A stretch of DNA of 47,204 nucleotides from Vitrella brassicaformis CCMP3155 (Eukaryota > Protista > Chromerida): positions 1 through 47,204 of the forward strand of contig CDMY01000584.1 in assembly GCA_001179505.1 (NCBI GenBank), in the 5' to 3' direction. A model generated the notes under the pieces. That model did no database searches. It saw only the letters and a list, made by a program, of their open reading frames with translations, and was not told the origin of the DNA. Below, in pieces: positions 37,284 through 47,204 of the stretch. The position numbers and the translations under genes are program-made. Each line of letters opens with the position of its first letter. The first letter of the stretch is position 1.

Positions 37284-37344
37284 TTTGCTATCGAGGGATC
37301 TTTGTTTGTAAGCTCGCCGCTAAGCTCGCAGATGCAAGGCGAGA

Positions 37345-38658
37345 ATGAGTGCGCTTCAGAGCCTGATCACAGCACTGGCGCTGTCGTTGTCGTCATTTGT
37401 GATGAGTTTCCAGCTCTCCGCAATGAGATCTACCCTGCCATGCAGACGAGAGAGGCCATCTCTGAGGATGCAGAACGACGCAAAGGTGATGACGAATCAG
37501 CGGCACGCCGATGCAGATCACTTCCTGCACTGTAGCAATGCTTCGTTTCTGCGTGCAGGTGTCTGTGGCGGCTCTCTCCCCGACGTCCATCAGCCTTGTA
37601 TCGTCAGATCTGGCTTCCTTTCCGCTGTACAGGGTGCGTTACGGCACCGACAGCACCTCTGCCCCCCTGGCCTCTTTTGTCTTCACCAGTATGCAAGGTG
37701 GCATCTGTCGATTGGCCGGGCTTAGGCCAGACACCGACTATTCTGTGATGGTGTATGGCGTCGGGGAGGCAGCCGCGGCCCATGAAGGAGGGTCTGAGGC
37801 GCTGCTGGCCTCAGCCGCCTTCAAGACGCCTCGGCAGGAGGTTGGAGAGGTCGGGGACATATCGCGGCTTGACATGAGAGTCGGTGAGAACGACCAATGA
37901 TACGCAGTGCAACAATATTGATGTGTAGGTCCCTGTCTGATTGACTGCATGCAGGTCGCATCTCGTCTGTGGAGAAGCACCCAGACGCCGACAGCCTCTA
38001 CATCGAGCAGATTGATTTAGGGGAAGGCGAGCCCCGGACGATTGTGAGCGGTCTGGTCAAGTACTGTTCGCCAGAGGAGCTGCAGGGGCGGGACGTGATT
38101 GTGCTCTGCAACCTTAAACCTCGCATGATGAGAGGGGTCGAGTCGCGGGGGATGCTGATGCGCGCGTCCGACGAAAGCAAGACAACGGTGGGCTCAGTCG
38201 GGATGCACACACACTCTGTGCAAGTATATCGCTCCATCGGTCCATCGGTGTGCTGTGGAACTGCTGTGGCGTGTCAGGTGGAGCCACTGAGGCCGCCAGA
38301 AGGATCCGCACCTGGTAGGTCAAATCACTGGCTGCAGCGCCGTTGGTGTGCCACATGGATGCTCTCCCTTGTCCACTGCAGGTGATGCGGTCCGGGTTGA
38401 TGGGTACCAAAGGCAGCCCTATCAGCCTGGTGACAGGGCCAACAGGGCCTTCGAAAAGGTCGCATCCAAACTCAGAACCGATGATCAACTGGTACCTGCC
38501 AGAAAAGGCCATCACGCAAGGCGTTTGGACAATGTGTGTCTGTTTCCTGTCTTTATGTCCGTGTGTGTGTGTTGGTGCAGAGAGGGACATATGATAGTGC
38601 GGTGATGTCGACTGAGAGGGGGCCATGTACAGCTACCATTGAGGGCCGCATCTCATGA
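37345..38658 (+). CDS. Signal/transit peptide + fibronectin type III + EMAP-II/Arc1p-type tRNA-binding OB-fold protein
   Basis: Leader [22 protein letters not shown]; [17 protein letters not shown] (FN3); LDMRVG|[52 protein letters not shown]; C-terminal [12 protein letters not shown]. Confidence 0.85.
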
Positions 38659-39539
38659 GCGGAGCGGGGGTAGAGAGACTGGTCTGAGGTGTGTCGATTG
38701 AAGATGAGACCTTTCGTTGCATGGCCGTTCAACAAACGATTTCTGACGCATACGCATCTAACGCACATTCGCTGCACTAGTGCGTCGGTGTGTGTGACTC
38801 ATCAGGGCATTGTCGGTGCTGGCGCTGGTGCTGACCCACAGACACCATCGACTGTCGAAAACTCCGTCGAGGCTCCCTCTTAAAGGTTCAATCGAGTCTA
38901 ATGCTACACACACACACACACACAGACTCGCCAGAGTGAGTACACGTGTCAGGCACATCCATTCCTCCATCCATTTCTCCACCCATCTAGCCACCCACAC
39001 ATCTAGTCAGCCGCCTGTCGGTCCCCTCCTCTCTCCCTCTCTCCCTCTCTCTCTCTCCCCCTCCCTGCGTCCTTTTTGTACTATCTCTCAGGTTTGTTTG
39101 CTGCCGTACTTGCTCTCGCAGAAGAGCTGCCCGTCGACTATCTATGTGATTCCCCTCCTCAGCAGAGACCCACTCGAAGCGAAAGGCCACGCCCCCGCCG
39201 CGTGGCCGCCTCCTCAGCGACACAAACGCCACGCACCGATCTCTACCTGCACACAGACAGACAGACGGCCGCACACACCACGCACACGCCTTTTCGCCTT
39301 CCGTCGTTCTGTCTGGGTGGCCTTCCTGCCGGATTTCATCTGGAGGATCATGGTGCGGGCGTCGTCGATGGTTCCAATGGCGGCGGCCGTCATCTATGGG
39401 AGGCGGCGGTCATCTGCTGGGGCCCGAGCGACATCCGCTGCTGGAACGCCGCCATCACCCCACCTGCGCACAATGCAGATGGATGGACGGGTGGGGTGGG
39501 CAAGTGTGCAGCGGCTACAGCCCCCAAAGCAAACCTAGC

Positions 39540-39904
39540 AAACCGGCCCGAGCAAAGCAAACCAACGGACAAACCTTTCTATGGAGGGTCAATGAGCGAT
39601 GGAGAGCAAAGCGAAGCAGAGCAAAGCCCTCTCTGTGCTGAAAGCGCTAAGCGAAAAGTTGGGGGCATGCCGAGAGGGTCCCACGACAAAGCCAAGCAAA
39701 GCTCGCCAAAGCCCAGCAAAACTCGAAAGCCACAAACCTTCGCAAATTTACCTGGCCCCACGGGGCCCAGTGCCCCAGACAAGCAAAGCCAAGCCAAGCC
39801 AAAGCAAGGCTCAAGGTGAAGGACAGGAGACGGAGGAAGGGGAAACAATCAATGCAAAGCAAAGCAATGCAAAGCGAGTCTCAAGGTGAAGGACAGGAGA
39901 CGGA
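39540..39904. repeat. Degenerate AAAGC/AAGCC-rich repeat with a 70-bp tandem unit; continues at 45482-45590 on the far side of the insertion
   Basis: tcaaggtgaaggacaggagacgga at 39811 and 39881; ggggaaacaatcaatgcaaagcaaagc at 39839 and 45489 in the same orientation. Confidence 0.85.
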
Positions 39905-40848
39905 CGCATGGGGGCGTTCCCTATCGAAGAATAGGGGGTCTCGTGGACCCGCTCGGGTGTGTGTGCATCTGGACCGGTCTGAGACGGGCTGCAACGCAGT
40001 GTCAAAATTTTCGGCCCGCAGTCTCATGCGGGCGAGAAATGGGTTAGAGAAGACATAAACAAACTGTTTTCTCCACAGCGAGCGACCGGACAAGGGCAAG
40101 TCTGATACCATGTGAACCGGCATGGTGTGCTGATCAACATGGGGGTCACGGCATCCCCTCACGCCTTCACCATCGAGAATTCTCCCGAGACCGACTGACA
40201 AGGGGAGATCCACCGCGCCACACAGAGGGCGCGTGAGCACAAGCTGAGTCGGCCATTCGAGAGCCACCGACAGCCACTCTCAACCNNNNNNNNNNNNNNN
40301 NNNNNNNNNNNNNNNNNNNNNNNNNNNNNNNNNNNNNNNNNNNNNNNNNNNNNNNNNNNNNNNNNNNNNNNNNNNNNNNNNNNNNNNNNNNNNNNNNNNN
40401 NNNNNNNNNNNNNNNNNNNNNNNNNNNNNNNNNNNNNNNNNNNNNNNNNNNNNNNNNNNNNNNNNNNNNNNNNNNNNNNNNNNNNNNNNNNNNNNNNNNN
40501 NNNNNNNNNNNNNNNNNNNNNNNNNNNNNNNNNNNNNNNNNNNNNNNNNNNNNNNNNNNNNNNNNNNNNNNNNNNNNNNNNNNNNTCACAGCATCGCAGC
40601 CTGATCCGTGCTCCCTCGTGTCAGGTACACGCCGAGGGCGGCGGGGAAAACACATCTAAACATTAATGCACGCATACCCACATATGTACACATACGTATA
40701 CACATGTGTACCTTTCTGCCGCTTGTCTGGTGTGTATGCCCGTTCAGATGGCCCGTTGCACTGCCTGAAGGCCTCCCCGCCTCTCTCTTCGTCCGCCAGC
40801 CCCCCTCCCCTCTCCCTCTCCACCACCCCACACACCAGCGACACCCTC

Positions 40849-42703
40849 ATGATGATGGACGCGACAGAGTATGTGATGATTCCGCAAGGAGGCAGGAAAC
40901 AGGCCCGGTAAGCGGAGATCCCCTCTCGTCTCATCGATGACCTCAACAAACAGAGGCCCACGTCCAGCCGGGAGACCACCAAGAGCTGGATAGAGGGCGG
41001 ATGGACCGCGCTCAGCCGGGCCGGCCTTGTGGGGTGGGTCAAGCGCCACTGGTGCGTGTATGAGCCTTTTTTCCCGACCAAGCCCACCGGCGACCGCACT
41101 GTTGTCACTCAACCACGACGAATGCCCGCAGATTTGGTCGACGAGCTGGTGGATGTCGCTGACAAGAGGGTCAAGGTCCTCCAGGATGACGACAGCGCCG
41201 ACGGCGACGCCGACGAGGACCAGCCGGCCAGCCAGGCGTCGGATGCGTCATCGATCGCTGAGCCGGACCGTCTGGAGAAGGACGAGATACGGCACAGGGT
41301 CCTCATGGCCCTCGAGAAAGACTTCCCCTTTCGCCCTTTGTCGCAGCTGAAGCTCTCGTCTCACCTCCAGAAAGAGGTCGGGCGCTTCCAGAAATGGATC
41401 CCCAGTATATCCGTCGCTGGTCGCAACTTCCAGGTGGGTGAGGGCGAGGGAGGCAGAGAGACACCTGGACGCTGCTACATATGTGCTCATGTGTTGCTTC
41501 AGGCGCCGTTTCCTCTTCCCCCGCTGCCGCCGCCACCACCAGGACCCCTCCACAGTCGACGGCTCTCCCGCCACCCACTGTTCGACCGCCTCGTCCTCAG
41601 CTGCCCCCTTCTGCCGCAGCAGCTGCTGCCCCGGCCGGCCCACCACGCAACGCAGAGGGTCTTGAGGAGCACGATTTCTCCTCCCCACCTCCGTCACCTG
41701 CCTCCCCACCACCGGGCGCGCCGCTCCCCCGAGCGATGACGAATTCGATGAATTCGACGCTGGCAGCGTTGTGCCTGAGGACGATGCCTCCGTGCAGGAC
41801 GACGACATGGACGCCGCCGATGAAGAGCCTGCTCTGGCTGATGACCTGGATACGGCAGACGACGAGCAACAGCTGCCTCTGCAGGGGGAGGATGGGATGT
41901 CGCACATCACATCCGGCAAATTCGAGGTCGTCCGTCGCATCGAGGAGGGGAGAGACGACAGGAACACGGGCATCTGGGTGACTGAGATACTCGAAAAGAG
42001 GGAGTACAGAGGAGCGGTGGCAGGGCTCCATGTGACTGCCGTACAGCTGCGGGTGACGACCTCGCCAAGCTGCTGACCGGCTGGCCGGAGATAGTGACCC
42101 ACACGTGGGCAGTCGACGTGCCCGTTGACCATCCCTCGCCGAGAGTCAGCATCCCTCTCAGCATCTCTGCCGATGGTGCTCAACTGCTGCGCGGCGTCGC
42201 CAACTCATCGGTAAGCTAAGCACACAGAAGCAATTCATTCACTGCTCTCATTACGAACATTATTCATCCATTCTTTCTTCCTTTCTTTCTTTCAGGCTGT
42301 CACCTTTGGGATGAGAGCCGTCACCAATCACCTGCCAGGCGATCGACATCCAGTGTGGTCATCCCAGTCACGAGGTGCCTTGCCGTCTGACCTTCAATGT
42401 GTCGTTCCTCGGTGACCAGGTCAGCAGCCACACGCGATGTACGGCAAGACGAACTGCTTCATTCGCTTGCTTGTTTGCTTCACTTCTTTGCTTGTTTGCT
42501 TCACTTGTTTTTGTGTTTGCTTCACCTGTATTGCAGAAGTTCATTCTCTGTATCCCTGGGATGGGCGGTGCCGGTCTGAAGACGTGCTGCTCGCTCATGG
42601 CAGCCACTTCGTCACCTGGCTCAACCACATGGACGAATTCATGGATGCCATCGACGAGCCAGCAAATGGACCCGTGCGCCTGGCCTTCATGACATTTGAG
42701 TGA
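40849..42703 (+). pseudogene. Degenerate spliced ORF starting inside the left TIR, unknown function
   Basis: MMMDATEY..|PTSSRETTKSWIEGGW..GRNFQ| then Pro-rich and acidic segments that need frame changes near 41700 and 42050; last exon ..GPVRLAFMTFE*. Confidence 0.5.
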
Positions 42704-42838
42704 GAAGGGGGGAACACACAGACAATCACACGTATGTGCATGCATGTGTGTGTGTGTTGCTTGATGTGGCTGTTATGCAGCTGGATAATGAGCTGTGCGT
42801 TGCGTTCCAAGGCGCCCACACGCGGCGATGAATAGTGC

Positions 42839-44241
42839 TCAATCATCTGTGACTCTTTATCCATCCGCTGGTGTGACTGACTGTTTATTCGTTCCATGAG
42901 ACTCTTCATTCATTCAATGACTGTCAATAGCCACGAAGCCAGTCAATCGTATATGTACATGAATGCGATCAACGAGTGAGAAACACAAGCAAACATGCAA
43001 AATACTCACCCCAGACCCTCCACTCCCTCTTCCATGTATGCCATCTCCGCCGCATTGAGCTCCATTGCCGCCTGTGCGGCATAGAAGAGTGGCACCTCCT
43101 CTGCTGCCTGTGGGTCGTCCTCGAGGTCTCCCCCGTGCTGATGCGCGGCCTGCCCCTCAAGCAGTGCGGGTGCGTCAGCAGCGGGCACAGCAGCACCCTC
43201 AGCGGGCTGTGGGTGGGCGGCGGGCACAGCAGCACCAGCAGCGGCCGGTGGGTGAGCCGGAGGGGCGTGCGGCTGGAGGGGTCGAGTCGTGACTGACGTG
43301 AACTTGAAGATCGCCTCGCAGATGTGCGCTGGGCCGACCCGCAGCGGCGACAGCTTGAAGTACACGGGCGTGTCTTCGTCCACCTTGACGGAATTCTGAA
43401 GGCGCGTAAGCAGAGAAAGACAGATTGGTGTGTCATTCCCCCCTTATTTCATCTCTCACCTTCTGTGTGTTGCCTTCGATTGTTCTGTGCTGGCGCCCCT
43501 CGAAGCACAGACTGCTGCCCAGCAAACGCTCCAGACTGGCCCTCGCCCCATCCCCCCTCACAGCGACGACCGACCACACAGGCGTCCGCTCCACCAGCTC
43601 GTCCTCCCCCAGCATGGCCCGGCGGGTGGGCGAACGGCCCTCGGCGGTCAGCTTCGTGGGGCTGAAGTGCCGCTCCACCCTCGGCGTGGGGGACTTGGGC
43701 TCGAGTGCGTCACCAGCCGTCTGGGTCCGCTGGTACAGCCACTGCACAGCCTCGACTGCCGTGTGAGCGCTGCATGTGCCCGTCGCCCTGGCCCAGTAAC
43801 CGTCTGTGGTGATGCCGTCGTGGCTCTTGGAGGGGCGGATGACGACAATGGGCGGAGGGGAAGGGTTGTGCTGGGCAAGGAAGCGGAACATCGACCCCTC
43901 CAGCGACCGAAAGACGGCATACATTTCTCGAAGAATGCGGTACTGGTCGGGCTGGTTGGACGATTCTGCGTCGCTGAGTGCTGCCTCCCACCCCTCGCCG
44001 AGCACGCCACCCTCCATGCAGAAGTCGAGGCTGCCCACGGACGTCACCCCGTATGTCTTCTTGTTGGAAGTCGGGGGAATCGTGACGGGGTCGATGGCGG
44101 CGAACTGGCGACTTCGTGCAGGACCATCCTTGAACCCCTTCAGCCCCTCCGCTGGTTGCGCGTCCGCTTGGCGAGAGGCCCAGTGATCTCCTCGCTGTCA
44201 CCATCGCCCTCGTGGCCAACGGCATCCACGTCCATCATCAT
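42839..44241 (-). pseudogene. Degenerate spliced ORF starting inside the right TIR, unknown function
   Basis: MMMDVDAVG.. stops after 33 codons. A shifted frame is open about 250 codons (..SLDFCMEGGVLGEGW..NTQK), followed by phase-compatible exons NSVKVDEDTPVYFKL..EGL and DD*. Confidence 0.5.
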
Positions 44242-45888
44242 GAGGGTGTCGCTGGTGTGTGGGGTGGTGGAGAGGGAGAGGGGAGGGGGGCTGGCGGACG
44301 AAGAGAGAGGCGGGAGGCCTTCAGGCAGTGCAACGGGCCATCTGAACGGGCATACACACCAGACAAGCGGCAGAAAGGTACACATGTGTATACGTATGTG
44401 TACATATGTGGGTATGCGTGCATTAATGTTTAGATGTGTTTTCCCCGCCGCCCTCGGCGTGTACCTGACACGAGGGNNNNNNNNNNNNNNNNNNNNNNNN
44501 NNNNNNNNNNNNNNNNNNNNNNNNNNNNNNNNNNNNNNNNNNNNNNNNNNNNNNNNNNNNNNNNNNNNNNNNNNNNNNNNNNNNNNNNNNNNNNNNNNNN
44601 NNNNNNNNNNNNNNNNNNNNNNNNNNNNNNNNNNNNNNNNNNNNNNNNNNNNNNNNNNNNNNNNNNNNNNNNNNNNNNNNNNNNNNNNNNNNNNNNNNNN
44701 NNNNNNNNNNNNNNNNNNNNNNNNNNNNNNNNNNNNNNNNNNNNNNNNNNNNNNNNNNNNNNNNNNNNNNNNNNNNGGTGATTCTTGCATGATTCGACAG
44801 CTCATGCAGAGGCGGTCTGCATGCAGGTAACGCCAAGTGCCTCGCCCTTCTGCAAGAAGAGAAACAGGAGGGTAAGTGATTGCCCCATACAGATTTCCCG
44901 TGTTTTCGTGTGTGATGGTGTCAGCTTTCCCTGCGTGTTGGTGCTCACCGTGTGCGGCACTCGACGGTGGTCACTGTGATGTGGTAGGATCGGGGCAGGG
45001 GCCCTCGGATGGCCGTCAGGTTGATGGGTGCGTTCTCGCGGGATGGGACTCGGCTGTTTCAGAGGTGAGATCGGGCCGGGCAGGGATGGGACCTATGAGT
45101 GGTTGAGAGTGGCTGTCGGTGGCTCTCGAATGGCCGACTCAGCTTGTGCTCACGCGCCCTCTGTGTGGCGCGGTGGATCTCCCCTTGTCAGTCGGTCTCG
45201 GGAGAATTCTCGATGGTGAAGGCGTGAGGGGATGCCGTGACCCCCATGTTGATCAGCACACCATGCCGGTTCACATGGTATCAGACTTGCCCTTGTCCGG
45301 TCGCTCGCTGTGGAGAAAACAGTTTGTTTATGTCTTCTCTAACCCATTTCTCGCCCGCATGAGACTGCGGGCCGAAAATTTTGACACTGCGTTGCAGCCC
45401 GTCTCAGACCGGTCCAGATGCACACACACCCGAGCGGGTCCACGAGACCGCCTATTCTTCGATAGGGGACGCCCCCATGCGGGAGGGAGGGGAAACAATC
45501 AATGCAAAGCAAAGCAAAGCACAGCCAAAGCCAAACCAAAGGTGACGAGGGAGGGGTGACAAGGAAAGCAAAGCAAAGCAAAGTCAAGAGGGACAAGGGA
45601 GCTGAGAGAGGTCAAACGACATCAGGAGCTCCATAAGAACATCCGGAACTAGACGGCACAGCCACGACAAGAGCCCCAGGGGGAAGACCGCACGCATGAT
45701 GCAATTGCCGCCGGGGCGAGTGTATAATGGAGCGGAACAAAGATCTTCAGTGCAAAGGCGGTTCACATATGTGGTTCGTAGCAATCCACCCACTCGCTCG
45801 GGGGAAGGAAGAGAGATCTGCACGCCTGAGCCCGCAATGCAAGCTCGCAAGGTCCCTCTTGCTCTATCTCCATCCCTTGCGAGCGAGC

Positions 45889-46226
45889 GCCCCCCCCCCC
45901 CCCCCCCCNNNNNNNNNNNNNNNNNNNNNNNNNNNNNNNNNNNNNNNNNNNNNNNNNNNNNNNNNNNNNNNNNNNNNNNNNNNNNNNNNNNNNNNNNNNN
46001 NNNNNNNNNNNNNNNNNNNNNNNNNNNNNNNNNNNNNNNNNNNNNNNNNNNNNNNNNNNNNNNNNNNNNNNNNNNNNNNNNNNNNNNNNNNNNNNNNNNN
46101 NNNNNNNNNNNNNNNNNNNNNNNNNNNNNNNNNNNNNNNNNNNNNNNNNNNNNNNNNNNNNNNNNNNNNNNNNNNNNNNNNNNNNNNNNNNNNNNNNNNN
46201 NNNNNNNNCCCCCCCCCCCCCCCCCC
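45889..46226. other. Assembly gap (300 N) flanked by poly-C tracts; further 300-N gaps at about 40286-40585 and 44477-44776
   Basis: Runs of N and C seen directly. Confidence 0.95.
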
Positions 46227-46461
46227 GGGGCCCTGAGCTCTCTCCTCCCACCAAACATGCATCGTAAAAGCAAAAAACCCGAAATCAAACCACGATTCGC
46301 TCACAAACACAAACTCTGCCTACGGTTCTCTCTCTCTCTCTCTCTCTCTTGCAGGTACGCCACACCATCTGTGGTTGGTTCGCCCGCCCAAGACTATCCG
46401 CATGAGATGCACTCCGAGCTGACACTCCTGGTCACACAGCTGGCGACGAAGCGCGGAACAC

Positions 46462-47204
46462 ATGATCAACAGGCCGACCGGCGACACGATCAGTCCCGGC
46501 GACACGAAAGAAGAGGATGTGCCGCCACAACTATCTGACGGAGCTGAGGGCCGCCATGAGTCTGCTCTCAGATCGGACACGCAGATCTTCATTGACTTCA
46601 GCAACCAAGACATTTGCACGGCCCCGCCATGCAGCCAGGGGATTCAGCCAAAAGAGCTCAGTAGAGAGGACGACCATTCCGCAGTGCTGCATCTCAATAA
46701 GGTCGAGACACACAGCAACGATGCGCTATTGAGCCACCAAAGCACCGTCACGGAGCAAGCCAAGCAGCAATCAGGAGACACAGCACATTCGACAACCCTT
46801 CAGGAGATGGGCGAGGAGCCGTCACTGAGGGAGGAGGAGATGAACGACATGGGCGAGGAGCCGTCACTGAGGCCAGAGGAGATGAGGATTTGCGAAATGA
46901 AGCGGGAACTCGAAATGGCTGCCGGTAGCCACAAGCACAGAAAGGCAGAAAAGAAAAGGGATTGGTTTGTCAACGCCCATGTCTCTCTCCTGTGTCTTGC
47001 AGGCTATGCGGCGGCCTTCGAGGAGGCCCCATCCACCCTTGTATACACCGGAGGGGAAGAGGTAGCCCGTCTGGTGGGGGCCCGGTTCTCCCCTGAGCCC
47101 TTTGTACGATCCTTACGGCGGGTCGTGCGGGTCGTCCTTTGCCAGCTCCTGTCTGCTCTCGTTCTGGCTCTTCTGTGGGTCGGGATCCTCTGGCTATACT
47201 GGCT
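46462..47204 (+). CDS. Partial hypothetical protein with hydrophobic segment, runs off the window
   Basis: Open frame MINRPTGDTISP..MGEEPSLR x2..ELEMAA|GYAAAFEE..LLSALVLALLWVGILWLYW; upstream exons uncertain. Confidence 0.5.
   Translation, partial: MINRPTGDTISPGDTKEEDVPPQLSDGAEGRHESALRSDTQIFIDFSNQDICTAPPCSQGIQPKELSREDDHSAVLHLNKVETHSNDALLSHQSTVTEQAKQQSGDTAHSTTLQEMGEEPSLREEEMNDMGEEPSLRPEEMRICEMKRELEMAAGSHKHRKAEKKRDWFVNAHVSLLCLAGYAAAFEEAPSTLVYTGGEEVARLVGARFSPEPFVRSLRRVVRVVLCQLLSALVLALLWVGILWLYW

Larger units (their letters stand above)
39905..45481. mobile_element. Foldback-like insertion with long terminal inverted repeats (39905-40861 and 44229-45481) and 3-bp GGA target-site duplication
   Basis: 39905-40285 is the reverse complement of 45101-45481, and about 40612-40861 of 44229-44476. 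Termini CGCATGGGGGCG..CGCCCCCATGCG; GGA at 39902-39904 and 45482-45484. Confidence 0.85.

Noticed and set aside
38800-39540. Possible gene on either strand (247-aa + ORF; - strand exons with host-type acceptor)
   Set aside because: Strand cues conflict, the frames have stops or run into satellite DNA, and no motif was recognised.
41920-41960. FEVVRRIEEG as protein-kinase subdomain I
   Set aside because: No GxGxxG, VAIK, HRD or DFG motifs follow.
43430-44830. 466-aa + strand ORF
   Set aside because: Antisense to the - strand element ORF and inflated by the N gap.
45889-46226. Poly-C tracts as telomere or functional G-quadruplex
   Set aside because: No telomeric repeat; true length unknown because they border an assembly gap.

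Overview
Intron-rich eukaryotic DNA, most likely from a photosynthetic chromerid alveolate such as Vitrella brassicaformis. This is an inference from (GT)n/(GTCT)n/(GGAT)n microsatellites in short introns, an apicomplexan-like DMC1, and bipartite plastid leaders. All gene models were spliced by eye, so boundaries are approximate. From 0.2 to 38.7 kb I can reconstruct 19 genes in strictly alternating orientation, giving 9 consecutive head-to-head pairs: truncated DMC1, two secreted unknowns (one with an in-frame TGA), GILT, 5-formyl-THF cyclo-ligase, a flagellar NWE-type MIP candidate, USP36-like DUB, a secreted acidic protein, a Frag1/DRAM membrane protein, an SDR, an ISP/PH-like protein, a divergent pair of paralogous Cys-rich GPI-anchored surface proteins, a secreted DOPA-4,5-dioxygenase-family protein, a GNAT, a PRXL2-like redoxin, a START protein, a PsbP-domain protein and an FN3+tRNA-binding fusion. 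The most striking element is at 39905-45481: a foldback-like insertion of about 5.6 kb with near-identical terminal inverted repeats of about 1 kb or more and a 3-bp GGA target duplication. It is inserted in an AAAGC-rich repeat and carries two convergent, degenerate, spliced ORFs that start inside the repeats, with no recognisable transposase. No rRNA, tRNA or CRISPR array was seen. Three N-gaps limit the last 7 kb.
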